From the human T2T-CHM13v2.0 reference genome, Homo sapiens, in the NCBI RefSeq assembly GCF_009914755.1, contig NC_060939.1: a DNA stretch of 64,000 nt, one strand, 5' to 3'. A program made the position numbers and the translations under genes. This document shows positions 47,988 through 64,000 of the stretch, piece after piece (position 1 is the stretch's first letter; every line of letters begins with the position of its first letter). The notes under the pieces were generated by a model. The model saw only the letters and a list, made by a program, of their open reading frames with translations. It was not told where the DNA came from and made no database searches.

Positions 47988-50900
47988 AGGCCCCATTCAG
48001 ACCTGCTGGGTGGGAGACTCTGCAGGTGGGGTCTGGCGTCCTGTATTTACCAAACTCTTCAGGGGGTTCAGAGGCACGCCAAAGTTTGAGAACCACTGCT
48101 CTTAAATGGTGGTTCTTGACCTTCGTGGAACATCACACTCATCCGGGGTGTTTCCAAAAACACTCGTACCCAGCTCTACTCCCAGAAATTCCAATTTGAT
48201 TGGCCACGGTAAGGTTCAGGCGTTTCATTTGTAAAAGCTCCGTCTACTGTTCTAGTGCTCTGCACTGCCAGAACTGGAAAGCTGGGCTTCCCTTCCCACT
48301 TGCTGCTTCCCACTTCTCACTTCTGCCTCTGCTTCCACCTTCTCTTCTCTAGATGTTGGGTCCATCTTAGTCTCCTCTTTCCTTCTTGGCTGAACAGTCG
48401 TGAGGCTTCCTCCTGAAATGGCAAGGGATGAGTTTGCCAGTATTTCTAACTAAAGAAAAATTAATTTATAATATGCTATATAATTTTTATTATATGTTAA
48501 TATAATAAACTCAATACTGTCACAAACCCAATATTCTGGTTCAGGGGACAGATTTAGTCACACACTCCTAGAAGAGAAGGATGTTGGAGAGTGTCTAGCC
48601 CCACAACACCCTTTCTAGTTTGGGAAACTGAGGCCCAGAAAGAGAAAGTGACTAGTCCAAGGTTACAGAAGGGAGGCACAGAGCCTGGGACCAAACCCTG
48701 GTCTTCTGATCTAAAGCCTGCTGTCCTTTCACCTTCTAACTTTACTCTGGCTCTGTTCCCTGCACTGGAATATAGAGGACTCCAGGCAAGGATCTGGCTC
48801 TTAAAAAAAAAAAAACTCAGCCACCCCCTCTCTCCCCATTTCTAGGCAAGGCAGAAGGGGGCCCGTGCAGCAAGCAGGTGCTGGAACCTTCTGGGGATGA
48901 CCTTGAGCTGGGTCTGGATGGCAGGAATGATTCTGATGACCGATAAGTCTCGATCTTGGGGGAGGAGAGGCAGTCAGCTGAGACTATCGCACCTGGGAAG
49001 CAACCAGCCAGGTTGCCACCTGCCCTGGGCAGGACAGCAGCCCAGAGAAAGAGAAGGATGGTGGGGAGGGGTGAGGAGAGGCCAGGCCTGGGCCAAGGGC
49101 CTGCAAATAGCCTCCTCCTGACTGCAGGGGCCCTGGGCTAATAGAGGCAGAGAACTGCAGTGAGGTCAGGTCCTCTGGCACCTGGTGCCTGTCTACGCCC
49201 TCTCTTAACACGTGCAGGACCGCCGCCTGCCCCCCTCCCCGGCAAGGTTGTACAGCAGAAAGAGGGGTGAGATGGAGGTAGTGAGTGGGTATAGGGAACT
49301 CACCCTGGCTGCCTTGTGGCAAGTTTGGGAGAGGCAGTCGTGTGGAGTACTTAAAGGCACAGGCAGTGTTTGGAATCACAGAATCTGTCACTTTCAGCTG
49401 TGTGACCTGGAACAAGTCCCTGAGCCTCTCTGGGCCGGTCTCCTCTCCTGTAAAATGGGGATGATTCCTGGTTCTTGTGAGGAGTCTGAGAAAATACATG
49501 TACATGTGTGTGCATTTGGGGCTCAGAAAATGGCAGGCAGCAAGCATCATGAAGTGTCCAAACTGCCTGGGTTCACATCCCAGCCCCACCCCTTTCTACC
49601 TAGCCGTGACCATGCTGTGTCTATTTCCTCTTCTGGAAAATGGGCTGGCAGTAGCACCTACCTTATAGGAGTCAGTGAATTAACAGATGCAAAATGCTTA
49701 GGACAGGGGCCTGGCTCAGTGGGTGCTCCAAACCACCACCTTTAGTTTGGCTTCTGATATCAATGCTGCTGTGTACCCATCGAGGACTCTCATGGCAAGA
49801 CTGGGAGAGGCAGTAGTGTGAAGTCCTTAAAGTGCTAGGTCCTAGGAGGTCTTCGTACTCACGTAAACATTTATAAGACTAGAGAAAAAAAATTACTGGC
49901 TTCAAAATATGAAAGGAAAACTGCAAAGTCAAAATTAGTGACCCTTTTGCTAAATGTCCACAAAACACACTATTACTTCAACTTTATAAACTATGTCTGA
50001 AACATGTCATAACACTTGAAATCAATTTATTGGCTAGATTATTCTCCTTCTTCAAGAACTTAAGTGACTAACGATGACTAAAAAATCAGAACAAGCATAA
50101 CTTATGTAACTCGTAACAAAAGAACTTCACATGCAAAATTACAAAAATTATTTTAATAGATCATTGTAACAATTGAAAAAAAGGCAAACACTTTAGATCT
50201 CTGTAAGGAATATATATAAAGTTTAAGGAAATAAATGGGAACAATATCCTCCAAATTTAGGGTGGTAGTTATCTCTGCTGTAAGGAGAGTGGATCAGAGA
50301 GGCCACACAGGATGTTTCAACCCTCTAGGTAGCATTTTATTTCTTAAGTTAGGTGGTGAATCCCACAGATTTGTACTGTATTATTCTTTGTCTCCTTTTT
50401 GTACATATGAAAAATGTTGTAACAAAATTTGAAAGTATGGTTTGGTAGCAAAAAGAAGAGCAAGAAATGTCCCCGGATAATTTCAAATTATTTTATGGCA
50501 AATTTGTATTTAATGAGAAATGTTAGGGATTTCACATTCCTACATAATGTCAGGCAGGGTTTCCAAAAGCAAGTCCCCAAGGCCCTGACTCTACCAATGG
50601 TCCTCCAGGCCCCAGACCCCTCACCTGGTGTCTTAGCTTGCTCGGGCTGCTATAATGAAAATGGATGGCTTAGCAGAAATTTATTTCTCACAGTTCTGGA
50701 GGCGGGAAAGTCCAAGATCAAAACACTGGTGGACTCAGTATCTGGCGAGAGAGGTGAGGGCTAGGAGATGGGGTGGAAGGCTGGACTCAGGGGCAGCCTC
50801 AGGATGGAGCAGGCAGCCTAGACCCTTGGCTAATGCCAGTCTCTGCTAAGTTCAACCCTGGGGGAATTTGTCCAATTCTTGGCAGATGCAGTCTCTGTTG

Positions 50901-50992
50901 TCAAGGGTCTAAAGGTCAGTGGAGAGAGATCCACAAACAGGCATGAAAGAAGGTAAACACACTGATTACCTTAATTTACTGAAAGGCTGTGG

Positions 50993-51287
50993 CAGGGGTC
51001 CCCCATCACCACCCTGTACTGATTTGTGGCCTGTTGGGAACCAGGCTGCACAGCTGGAGGTGAGTGGCAGGCTAGCGAGCATTACCACCTTAGCTCCACC
51101 TTCTGTCAGATCAGCTGCGGGATTCAATTCTCACAGGAGCTCCAACCCTGTTGTGAACTGTGCATGTGAGGGATCCAGGTTGCATGCTCCTTATGAGAAA
51201 CCATACCCGCCGCCCCTACTCCCTCCATGGAAAAATTGTCTTCCACAAAACCAGTTTCTGGTACCAAAAAGTTTGGGGAATTCTAGG
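50993..51287 (+). mobile_element. MER1B (hAT-Charlie)
   Basis: caggggtcccc...ccatggaaaaattgtcttccacaaaaccagt...aaaaagtttgggga. Confidence 0.85.
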
Positions 51288-51587
51288 CTATGGGAACACA
51301 TCATTCTTTGTGGGGAATATAGGAAGCATCTCCTTTAAAATCCACATGAGGACAATGCCCACTGTCACCCCTTCTACCTAGCATGGCTGCAGAGGTCAAA
51401 GTCAGGTCATAAGACAAGATAATGAAATTAAAGGAGTAAAGTTCAGACAGGAGGAAACAAAATTATAGTGGCAGATTATGCGATCACATTGAAAACCAAA
51501 AGAATCAATAAACAAATTATTAGAAACAAAAGAATTAGCAAGATGGCTGACTATACCATCAATAATAATCATTTTAATTTACATTGA

Positions 51588-51932
<345 letters not shown>

Positions 51933-53650
51933 TAGTTAACCTTTCTTAAATCAACATGCTTTGCACTCACTCTATGCTAAAAGCTTTCTATAGATCAGCT
52001 GTGTGCTTTGAACTACCCTGTGGAGTTGGCACTATCATCATCCCCATGTTAAGAAGGAGAAAACTGACAGTCAGAGAGATCAAGCAAATTTCCCATGGCT
52101 ACATAGCTGGTGTGTGATGGAGGTGGGACCGCTTCCTATTACCTGCTACCTCATCCTGCACACTCCAGTGCACAAATCTCTGATGTCCAGGGTGGGACTC
52201 CAGATCTCAGGCCTTTCTCTCATTCTCTGCACATCATGAAAGTTTCCAATATTACTGTGTGAGCAGAGAGAGAGGGAAGGAAGGAAGGAAGGCCCAGTAG
52301 GGGCAATGAAACTTCCCTCCAGCCTACTGCAGTCAGACTTAACCTGAACTAAAGAAAATAAGTAAGTGTGATGTTTCTTGCGCACCTGAATTGTGGCTGC
52401 AAAGTTTCGCGTAGTGTGTTTCCTTTAATCTTATTCAAGCCTCAAAAGAGCTGTCTCCATTTTACCAATGAGGAAAGTGAAGCTCTGAGAAATTCAGAGA
52501 CTTGTTCAAAGTCATGGAGATGGAAAGTGGCAGAGGCACTGTTGGATCCTAAGCTCACCGACCAGACATCAAGCCTGTTTAGACTTTTTCAAGGAGCTAG
52601 CAGGGAGGCAGACAGGGGCACAGTCATCCATACGGCAGTGTGGTGAGAGTGAGCCCTGGATAGACACCTGTGAGGACAGGAGCAGCTGAGGATTATTATT
52701 ATGAGACAGGTTTTTAATTATTATTATTATGAGACAGCTTCCTGGAGGAAGTGGCTTTAAGCTGGGTGTTCAAAGATGAGTAGGAAAGAGCCAGGAGAAA
52801 AAAGCACTGAAGAAAGCATCAGGTGCAAAGGCCCAGAGTTGATAGAGAAGTGGTAGGTTCTCTCAACAGCCGGTAGCTCAGACAAGGCGGGAAAGAAACT
52901 GGCTGAGGAAGTCTTCTGTATCCACTGCTGACCACTGACCCAGCCCACCAGCCAGAGCCCCTAGATAGCAGCAGCACCAGCTGGGGCCTCACCCAGCTTT
53001 GCCCTTAGAGACGATGCAGTTAGATGGTTGGGAAACTTTGCGCGCGGTCAGCTCTCGGGAGTCTCGGTCCCCAGGCTTTGGCTCCCTTCCCTTCCTCCAT
53101 TCAAGCATTGCTCAGGGCTGAGCTGGGCCAAATGAAATCACAATGCTGGCTGGCCCTGGCTCCTCCTGATGGCCCCCTGATTTATGTCACAGCATTCCCA
53201 ATATGCCTTATTGCCAAACTGGGCCAACTCATAGCATTTACTTTAGTGCTTTTCAAAGTTCAACATGCATTCAAATCACTGGGGATGGTGTTAAGATGCA
53301 GATCTTGATCTGGCAGGTCCAGGATGCAGCCTGACATTCTGTATTTTTATCAGGACCTCACGTGATGCTGCTGTTGCTGGTCCGCGGACCACACTTTAAC
53401 TAACATCATCTTGGCAACTATTTGTGGAGCCCCTGTGGTGTGACAGGCACTGTGCTGGCTACTTTTTATACGTTTTCTAATGTAATCATTACAGTCACCC
53501 TCTGAAATTGAACTTTTTGTTTTTACTTTTCAGAATAGGAAACTGAGGGTCAGAAAGATATTTCACAATGTTAGTGAATGGCAGAGTTGGGCTTTGAACT
53601 TGGATCTGTCTGACTCTAGAACTCATACCGGGCCTCCTCTTCAGAGGGCC

Positions 53651-54010
53651 TGCTACAGACTGAATTTTCTCCCCTCTAAATTCTTATATTAAAGCCCTAA
53701 TCCCCCATGTGGTTGTATTTGGAGTAAAGAAGTAATTAAGTTTCAATGAGGCCACAAGGGTGAAACCCCGATCCCACAGCATTAGTGTCTTTAGGAGAAG
53801 AGGCACTAGAGAGCTTGCTCGCTCACTGTCATGTGAGGACACAGAGAGAAGGCAGCCGTCTGTAAGCCAGGAAGACAGCCCTCACCAGGAGGTGAGCTGG
53901 CTGACATTTGATCTTGGACTTCCAGCGTCCAGGACTGGGAGAAATAACTCTGTTGTTTCAGCTACCCAGTCTGTGGTATTTTGTGATGGCAGCTAGAGCA
54001 GACTAAGACA
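53651..54010 (+). mobile_element. MLT1A-type MaLR solo LTR
   Basis: tgctacagactgaat ... gcagactaagaca termini. Confidence 0.8.
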
Positions 54011-54475
54011 GGGGCCCAGCTGCTTACCAGCCAGCCAAGGATGCCAATTAAAATGAATCCCGCCCCCTTTTTTGTGGAATGCTGCTCTACTCAACCTGAG
54101 CAGGACTGCAGAAGAACCAAAATACTACTACTACTAATCATAACTCACACCCAAGCTAAAGTTACCTGTACCCATTCACAAAATGAAAGCACAACAAAGC
54201 AACTCAGAACAATGGAGCCACCCAAAGCTTCACACCCTAAATCCAAGCATGTTTCATGAGGAGACAGGAAGTGGCATAACAATCAGATATAGTCTGCTCA
54301 TTTGCTGCACGTACTTAGAGGGCTGAGTCTGCATCCTTGTGGAGTGAACAGGTATAATTAATAAGCAAATCCTAAAGGTTAGCCAAGCCCTGTGTAGCTG
54401 GGAATCAATGGAAAGCATGAGTCTGAATGATCCTCCTAAAGAAAAACCTAAATGCTGAATAAAATATTAAACAAG

Positions 54476-54802
<327 letters not shown>

Positions 54803-55213
54803 TCAGGTATATCGTCAGTGAACTGAGGTATATCCTCTTAGGTATATCCTTGTGAACTGACACAAACATAAGTAATCCATAGACCCCAAAACTGAGGATT
54901 AAGGAGACTTGAAACTGGCTGGTACTCTGAGGGTTTCTGCAGGATCCTGGAGATTTTAGCTTGCACTCTGATGGCTGCCCCAGATGGGAGGTCAGGAGAT
55001 AAGTCTTAGGGTCCACCCCACGATGTGGCAAAAAAAGCATGCATATATACACACATAAATTGTACAGATATAAAGGATGTATAGCACATAATTTACAAAT
55101 AATAATGATAAAATATATAATACTCTTTGTTGTAAATTCCATATAGACAACTGATTATTATAACATACTTTTGCTGATTTTTGCCAAACTCTTGTATCCA
55201 TAGCCAACCTATT

Positions 55214-56003
55214 TTTTTTGTTCTCAATGTTTGCTTTTATTTACTTATTTATTAATTATTTTTATAAGTTTATGGGGTACAAGTACAATTTTGTTACATG
55301 CATCAATTGCGTAGTGGTGAAGTCTGGGTTTTTTGTGTATCTATCACCCAACTAATGTCCATTATACCCATTAAGTAATCTCTTGTCATCCACCCCCTTC
55401 AAACCCCTCAGCATTCTGAGTCTCCATTGTCTATCACTCCACACTCTACATCCATGTGTACACATTATTTAGCTCCCACTTATAAGTCAGAACATGTGAT
55501 ATTTACCTGTGTCTCAATTGTTTCACTTAAGATAATGCCCTCCAGTTCTATCCATGTTGCTGCAAATGATTTCACTATTTTTCATGGCTGAATAGCATTC
55601 CAATATGTATGTCTACCACATTTTCTTTATCCAGTCATTCGTTAATGGACACTTAGATAGATTCCATATCTTTGCTATCATAAATAGTGCTGGGATAAAC
55701 ATATAAGTGCAGGTATCTTTTTAATGTCTTTTCCTTTGGGTAGAAGCCCAGTAGTGGGATTGCTGGATTAAATGTAGTTCTATTTTTAGTTCCTTGAGAA
55801 ATCTTCATACTGTTTTCCATAGAGGTTGTACTAATATGCATTCTCACCAACAATGTAAGAGTTCCCTTTTCTTCACATTCTCAACAACATCTGTTATTTT
55901 TTTGTCTCTTTAGTAATAGCCTTTCTGACCGGTGTAAGATGACAGCCCATTGTGGTTTTAATTTGCATTCCTCTGGTGACTGCTGATGTTGAACATTTTT
56001 TCA
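55214..56003 (-). mobile_element. 5'-truncated L1 (L1MA-type 3'UTR) with 19-bp TSD
   Basis: Antisense L1 3' end with T-rich tail. TATCCATAGCCAACCTATT at 55195-55213 and 56004-56022. Confidence 0.85.
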
Positions 56004-56107
56004 TATCCATAGCCAACCTATTGTTGCAATTCACCATAACTCTAACAGGAATGTTGGTTGATGCTTATGATAAGGATAAAGACAAAATGAGATGACAATG
56101 ACGTATG

Positions 56108-56451
56108 TGTATTAGTCTGTTTTCATGCTGCTGATAAAGACCTACCCAAGACTGGGAAGAAAAAGAGGTTTAATGGACTTACTATTCCACATGGCTGGGG
56201 AGGCCTCACAATTGTGGTGGGAGGCCTCACAATTGTGGTAGAAGGCAAGGAGGAGCAAGTCACATCTTACATGGATGGCAGCAGGCAAAGAGAGCTTGTG
56301 CAGAGAAACTCTCAGTTTTAAAACCATCTGATCTTGTGAGACCTATTCACTATCACAAAAACAGTATGGGAAAGACCTGCCCCCATGATTCAATTATGTC
56401 CCACCTGGTCCCTCCCACAACACGTGGGAATTATGGGAGCTATAAGATGAG

Positions 56452-56455
<4 letters not shown>
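56108..56455 (-). mobile_element. THE1 (MaLR) LTR, truncated by the L1 insertion; 21-bp internal tandem duplication at 56198-56239
   Basis: tgtattagtctgttttcatgctgctgataaagac...cccacaacacgtgggaattatgggagcta...gatgagattt. Confidence 0.88.
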
Positions 56456-58735
<2,280 letters not shown>

Positions 58736-58936
58736 TTAGGAATTATTATTAATTTAATTAAGTGTGATAGTAATATTGGGTTATTTAGGAGAGTGTTCTT
58801 TCTTAAAAGAGATACATGCTGAAGTACTTAATAGTCTAGTGTTTATTTTAAGATAGTTCAGCAAAAAAATATATAAATGTAATAAATATGGCAAAACATT
58901 AAATTGCTTGAATTTAGGTCGCAAGAATTTAGGTCA

Positions 58937-59335
<399 letters not shown>

Positions 59336-59507
59336 TCAACAGGGAATGATTTAAATTAGTTGGCTTTTTGTGTGTGTGCAAATGACCAGGTAAGAAATAT
59401 TTTAAGCTTCATGGGTGATATAGATCTCTGTCACATATTATTTGGTTTTCTTTACAATGCTTTACAAATTTAAAAAACATTCTTAGCTCAAAGACCATAT
59501 AAAAAAA

Positions 59508-59805
59508 GGCCAGGTATGGTGGCTCACACCTGTAAGCCAAGCACTTTGGGAGGACAAAACAGGTAGATGACTTGAGCCCAGGAGTTTGAGACCATCCTGG
59601 GTCAACATGGTGAAACTCAACCTCTACAAAAAGCACAAAAATTATCTGAGCATGGTGGCACATGCCTGTAGTCCCAGCTACTCAGAAGGCTGAGAGGTGG
59701 GAGGATAGCTTGAGCCCAGGAGGTCAAGGCTGCAATGAGCTGTGATTGTGCCACTGCACTCCAGCCTGGGTGATAAAGACCATGTCTCAAAACAAACAAA
59801 AAAAC
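59508..59805 (+). mobile_element. AluJ
   Basis: Diverged dimer. Confidence 0.9.
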
Positions 59806-59859
59806 CTAAAAGCAAGCTATGGGCCAGATTTGGCTCATAAGATATGATTTGCCAACCTG

Positions 59860-61006
<1,147 letters not shown>

Positions 61007-61270
61007 GAAGAAAGAAAAAGATAGAAAGGAAAGAAGGAAGGAAGGGAGTGAGGGAGGGGGGAGGGAAGGAGGGAGGGAGAGTGGGAAAGAAGGATGGAGG
61101 GAAGGAAGGAAGGAAAGAAAGAGAAAGGAAGAGAAAGAGAAGGAGAGGAAGGAAGGAAAGGAAGAAAGAGAAAGAAGGAAAGGAAAGGAAAAGGAAAAGG
61201 AAAAGGAAAAGGGAAAAAGGGAAAAGGAAAGGAAGAAGGAAGGAAGGAAGGAAAGAAGGAGAAAAAGAAA
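61007..61270. repeat. Polypurine (GAAG/GGAAAA)n tract derived from an Alu tail
   Basis: ~260 bp almost entirely A/G. Confidence 0.92.
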
Positions 61271-61519
61271 CGGTGAGCAAAGATGTTGGCAAATATGTGA
61301 ACAAGATTAAGTTTATATTGTCCTTACAAAAATATTAAATACGCTGAAATCTGTGTGTGTGACATGGGAAATAAGCTCAAATGCTGTGGGAGAATACCAT
61401 ATAAGTCAGGGAAGTGTGATTGGAATTAAAGCATTCCAAGGTTCCTATATTATTTGGGAGGAATGTACAGATATTGATTGACTTTTGGCTTCATTATGTT
61501 AGGTATGCATGTTAAAGCT

Positions 61520-61742
61520 AGGGACAGAAGGTAGAATAGTAGTCACCAGGGATTGGGGAAGGAGAGTTACTTCTTAATGGGTACTGAGTTTCAGTTTGGG
61601 ATGATGAAAAAGTTCTGGAGATGGATAGTGGTGACAATTGCACAGCAATGTGAGTGTATTTAACAACACTGAATTAAACTCTCAAAAATGGTTAAAATTG
61701 TGACTTTTGTGTTATATATATTTTACCACAATAAAAAAATAA
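61520..61742 (+). mobile_element. L1MB-type 3' end
   Basis: gtttcagtttgggatgatgaaaaagttctggagatggatagtggtga...tattttaccacaataaaaa. Confidence 0.8.
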
Positions 61743-61900
61743 AGAGCTAGGATAACCGCTAAAAAGACCAGACATAAACCATATAAATCCCAAACAAGTA
61801 GGATGGTTGGGGGAATGAAATAAAAAGTTTTTAAAAATGAAAAGAAAACAAGAAAGGAGGTAAAGTTGAGAGGCAGGCACAGCTAACAGCGTAACGTTTA

Positions 61901-62275
<375 letters not shown>

Positions 62276-63094
62276 GAATGGTGAGGAGGGAGGGGTGTGG
62301 AATCACGGAAGGGGGACACACAGTGGCTTCTAGGGCACTGGCAACTTCATTTTTAAAGCTGGATGGTGAGTATATAGGTACTCATTCTATTATTTTTCTT
62401 TAAAACTGTTCAGTTTTTAATATATTTTGTATGTATGAAATATATAATTACACTCATAACTTTCTTAAGAAAGAAAAACATAATTGTAAAGAAGGTGTTA
62501 AAATTAAACTATCCAAAGGACTAGGGGTGAGCAATGCAGGGCACCGGCTTCAGCGCTGACGTCTGCAGCTGAAGGATGATTTAAACCAAGCCTGTTTTGT
62601 TCTCTCCCCTTTGGTTCTCCCTGAATAGGTATAGTGTCTTCTCTATTTTCTTATCCTTTAGTGCCTTCTTTATGGTTAAGGTAGGGCTGTCACAAGCCTC
62701 CCTTCCTGGTTTGTTTTGTCTTCTTCTATTTTTTCATGACTTTTGTGACACCCAACAGGTGGCTAACATCCTGCAGGTATTAGTTCAAGGTTAGCACTGT
62801 CTGGTGACCTCTGCTTTACCTTGACCTTCAGAGGTTTGACAGTCTTCTCACAGGATTAGCAGAGTTACGTGGCTTGGAGCCACTCCATCTTCCTGGTATT
62901 TGTTACATAGAATATAACTCTCGCGTGTGGATAATGGACAATGGGGAAGACACGATACAGCTAATAATTACAATGAATACTCATTTATTCTGCGTAAACA
63001 CTCTCCATGCATAATCTCATTTAATCCTCACAGCAACACCATGAGCTGAGTAGTACTCTCATTCTTGATTAACACATAAACAAACTGAGTCTCA

Positions 63095-63395
63095 GCTGGG
63101 CGTGGTGGCTCACTCCTATAATCCCAGCACTTTGGGAGCTGAGGAGGGTGGATCATGAGGTCAGGAGTTCAAGACCAGCCTGGCCAAGATGGTAAAACCC
63201 TGTCTCTACTAAAAATACAAAAATTAGCCAGGCATGGTGGCGGGCGCCTGTAATCCCAGCTACTCGGGAGGCTGAGGCAGAGAATTGCTTGAACCTGGGA
63301 GGCGGAGGTTGCAGTGAGCTGAGATCACGCCACTGCACTCCAGCCTGGGCCACAGAGCAAGACTCCATCTCAAAAAAAAAAAAAAAAAAAGAAAG
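63095..63395 (+). mobile_element. AluS inserted in a MIR
   Basis: Full dimer, AAACTGAGTCTCA TSD. MIR continues on both sides. Confidence 0.95.
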
Positions 63396-64000
63396 AAACT
63401 GAGTCTCAAAGAGGTTAAGTGAACTGTACACCTGGTCACAGGAGAGCCGAGCCATCTCACTAAGATGTCAGGTTCCTTGCACGCCTCTGGCTGCTTGTCT
63501 AGGCAACTGAACACCCAGAGGGCCATTGCAAACCCTTGAAAATACTGAGAAAAGATTTGTCTCGTGTTCACAGAAAGTCCAGAGAAATGTCCTCATCCTC
63601 CAAGACCTTCTCAGAGTGAAAAGCTCACCTGGGAACTATGATACAATTCTATAAACTCACTCTCCACTTTGCCTCTTACCCTTATGAGTAATTAGGCAAT
63701 TGGGAGCATGGGAATGAGATGGTGTAAATTTGGGCAAGTCACTTAACTTCTCTACCTCATTAAATGGAGATAATGGTACTTACCTCATGGAGTTATTATG
63801 AAAATGAAATGTTAATGTATGTGTAGTTCTTAGAACAGTGCTTGGCATACAGTCATCACTATATGTTGGCTGTCATTATTAGTAGTAAATTATTATTAAT
63901 CTGCAGTCTAAGTGGCCCCAGTGACTCAGCTCCTGACTTTTGGATGGTTGGGTTGCTGGGTCGTCTCCACGTGATCCTTGGGGATTAAGCTCCATGATCA

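Noticed and set aside
52692-52737. Short tandem duplications (also 3624-3668, 11825-11895, 36390-36448, 56198-56239)
   Set aside because: Ordinary slippage-type micro-duplications with no shared motif or apparent function.

Overview
This is primate (almost certainly human) genomic DNA. It contains the 5' part of the ammonia-channel gene RHCG (Rh family C glycoprotein, Amt/Mep/Rh superfamily) on the minus strand. Coding exons 1-5 lie at 18574-18391, 9014-8828, 5231-5081, 2422-2275 and 1502-1336 (184+187+151+148+167 = 837 nt, 279 codons, all GT-AG and phase-compatible). Exon 6 onward lies beyond position 1. The remaining ~45 kb upstream is repeat-dense and has no other supportable protein-coding gene: about 30 Alus, L1 fragments, MaLR/ERV LTRs, MER/Tigger DNA transposons and a 1.7 kb AT minisatellite. 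I found no evidence for a new multi-gene system. The best second-look signals are structural: (i) a 19-bp tandem repeat built from the exon 4 splice junction that creates a ladder of latent 5' splice sites, and a latent donor after exon 2 that is stronger than the authentic one; (ii) a 67-bp, 97%-identical inverted duplication ~300 bp upstream of the start codon; (iii) an apparent multi-template repair scar beside the AT minisatellite; (iv) a young, 5'-truncated AluYa-lineage insertion with intact TSDs; (v) an internally primed, tail-less Alu; (vi) a twin-primed inverted L1 whose 3' end has been deleted. Repeat subfamily names come from recalled consensus sequences and repeat boundaries are approximate.
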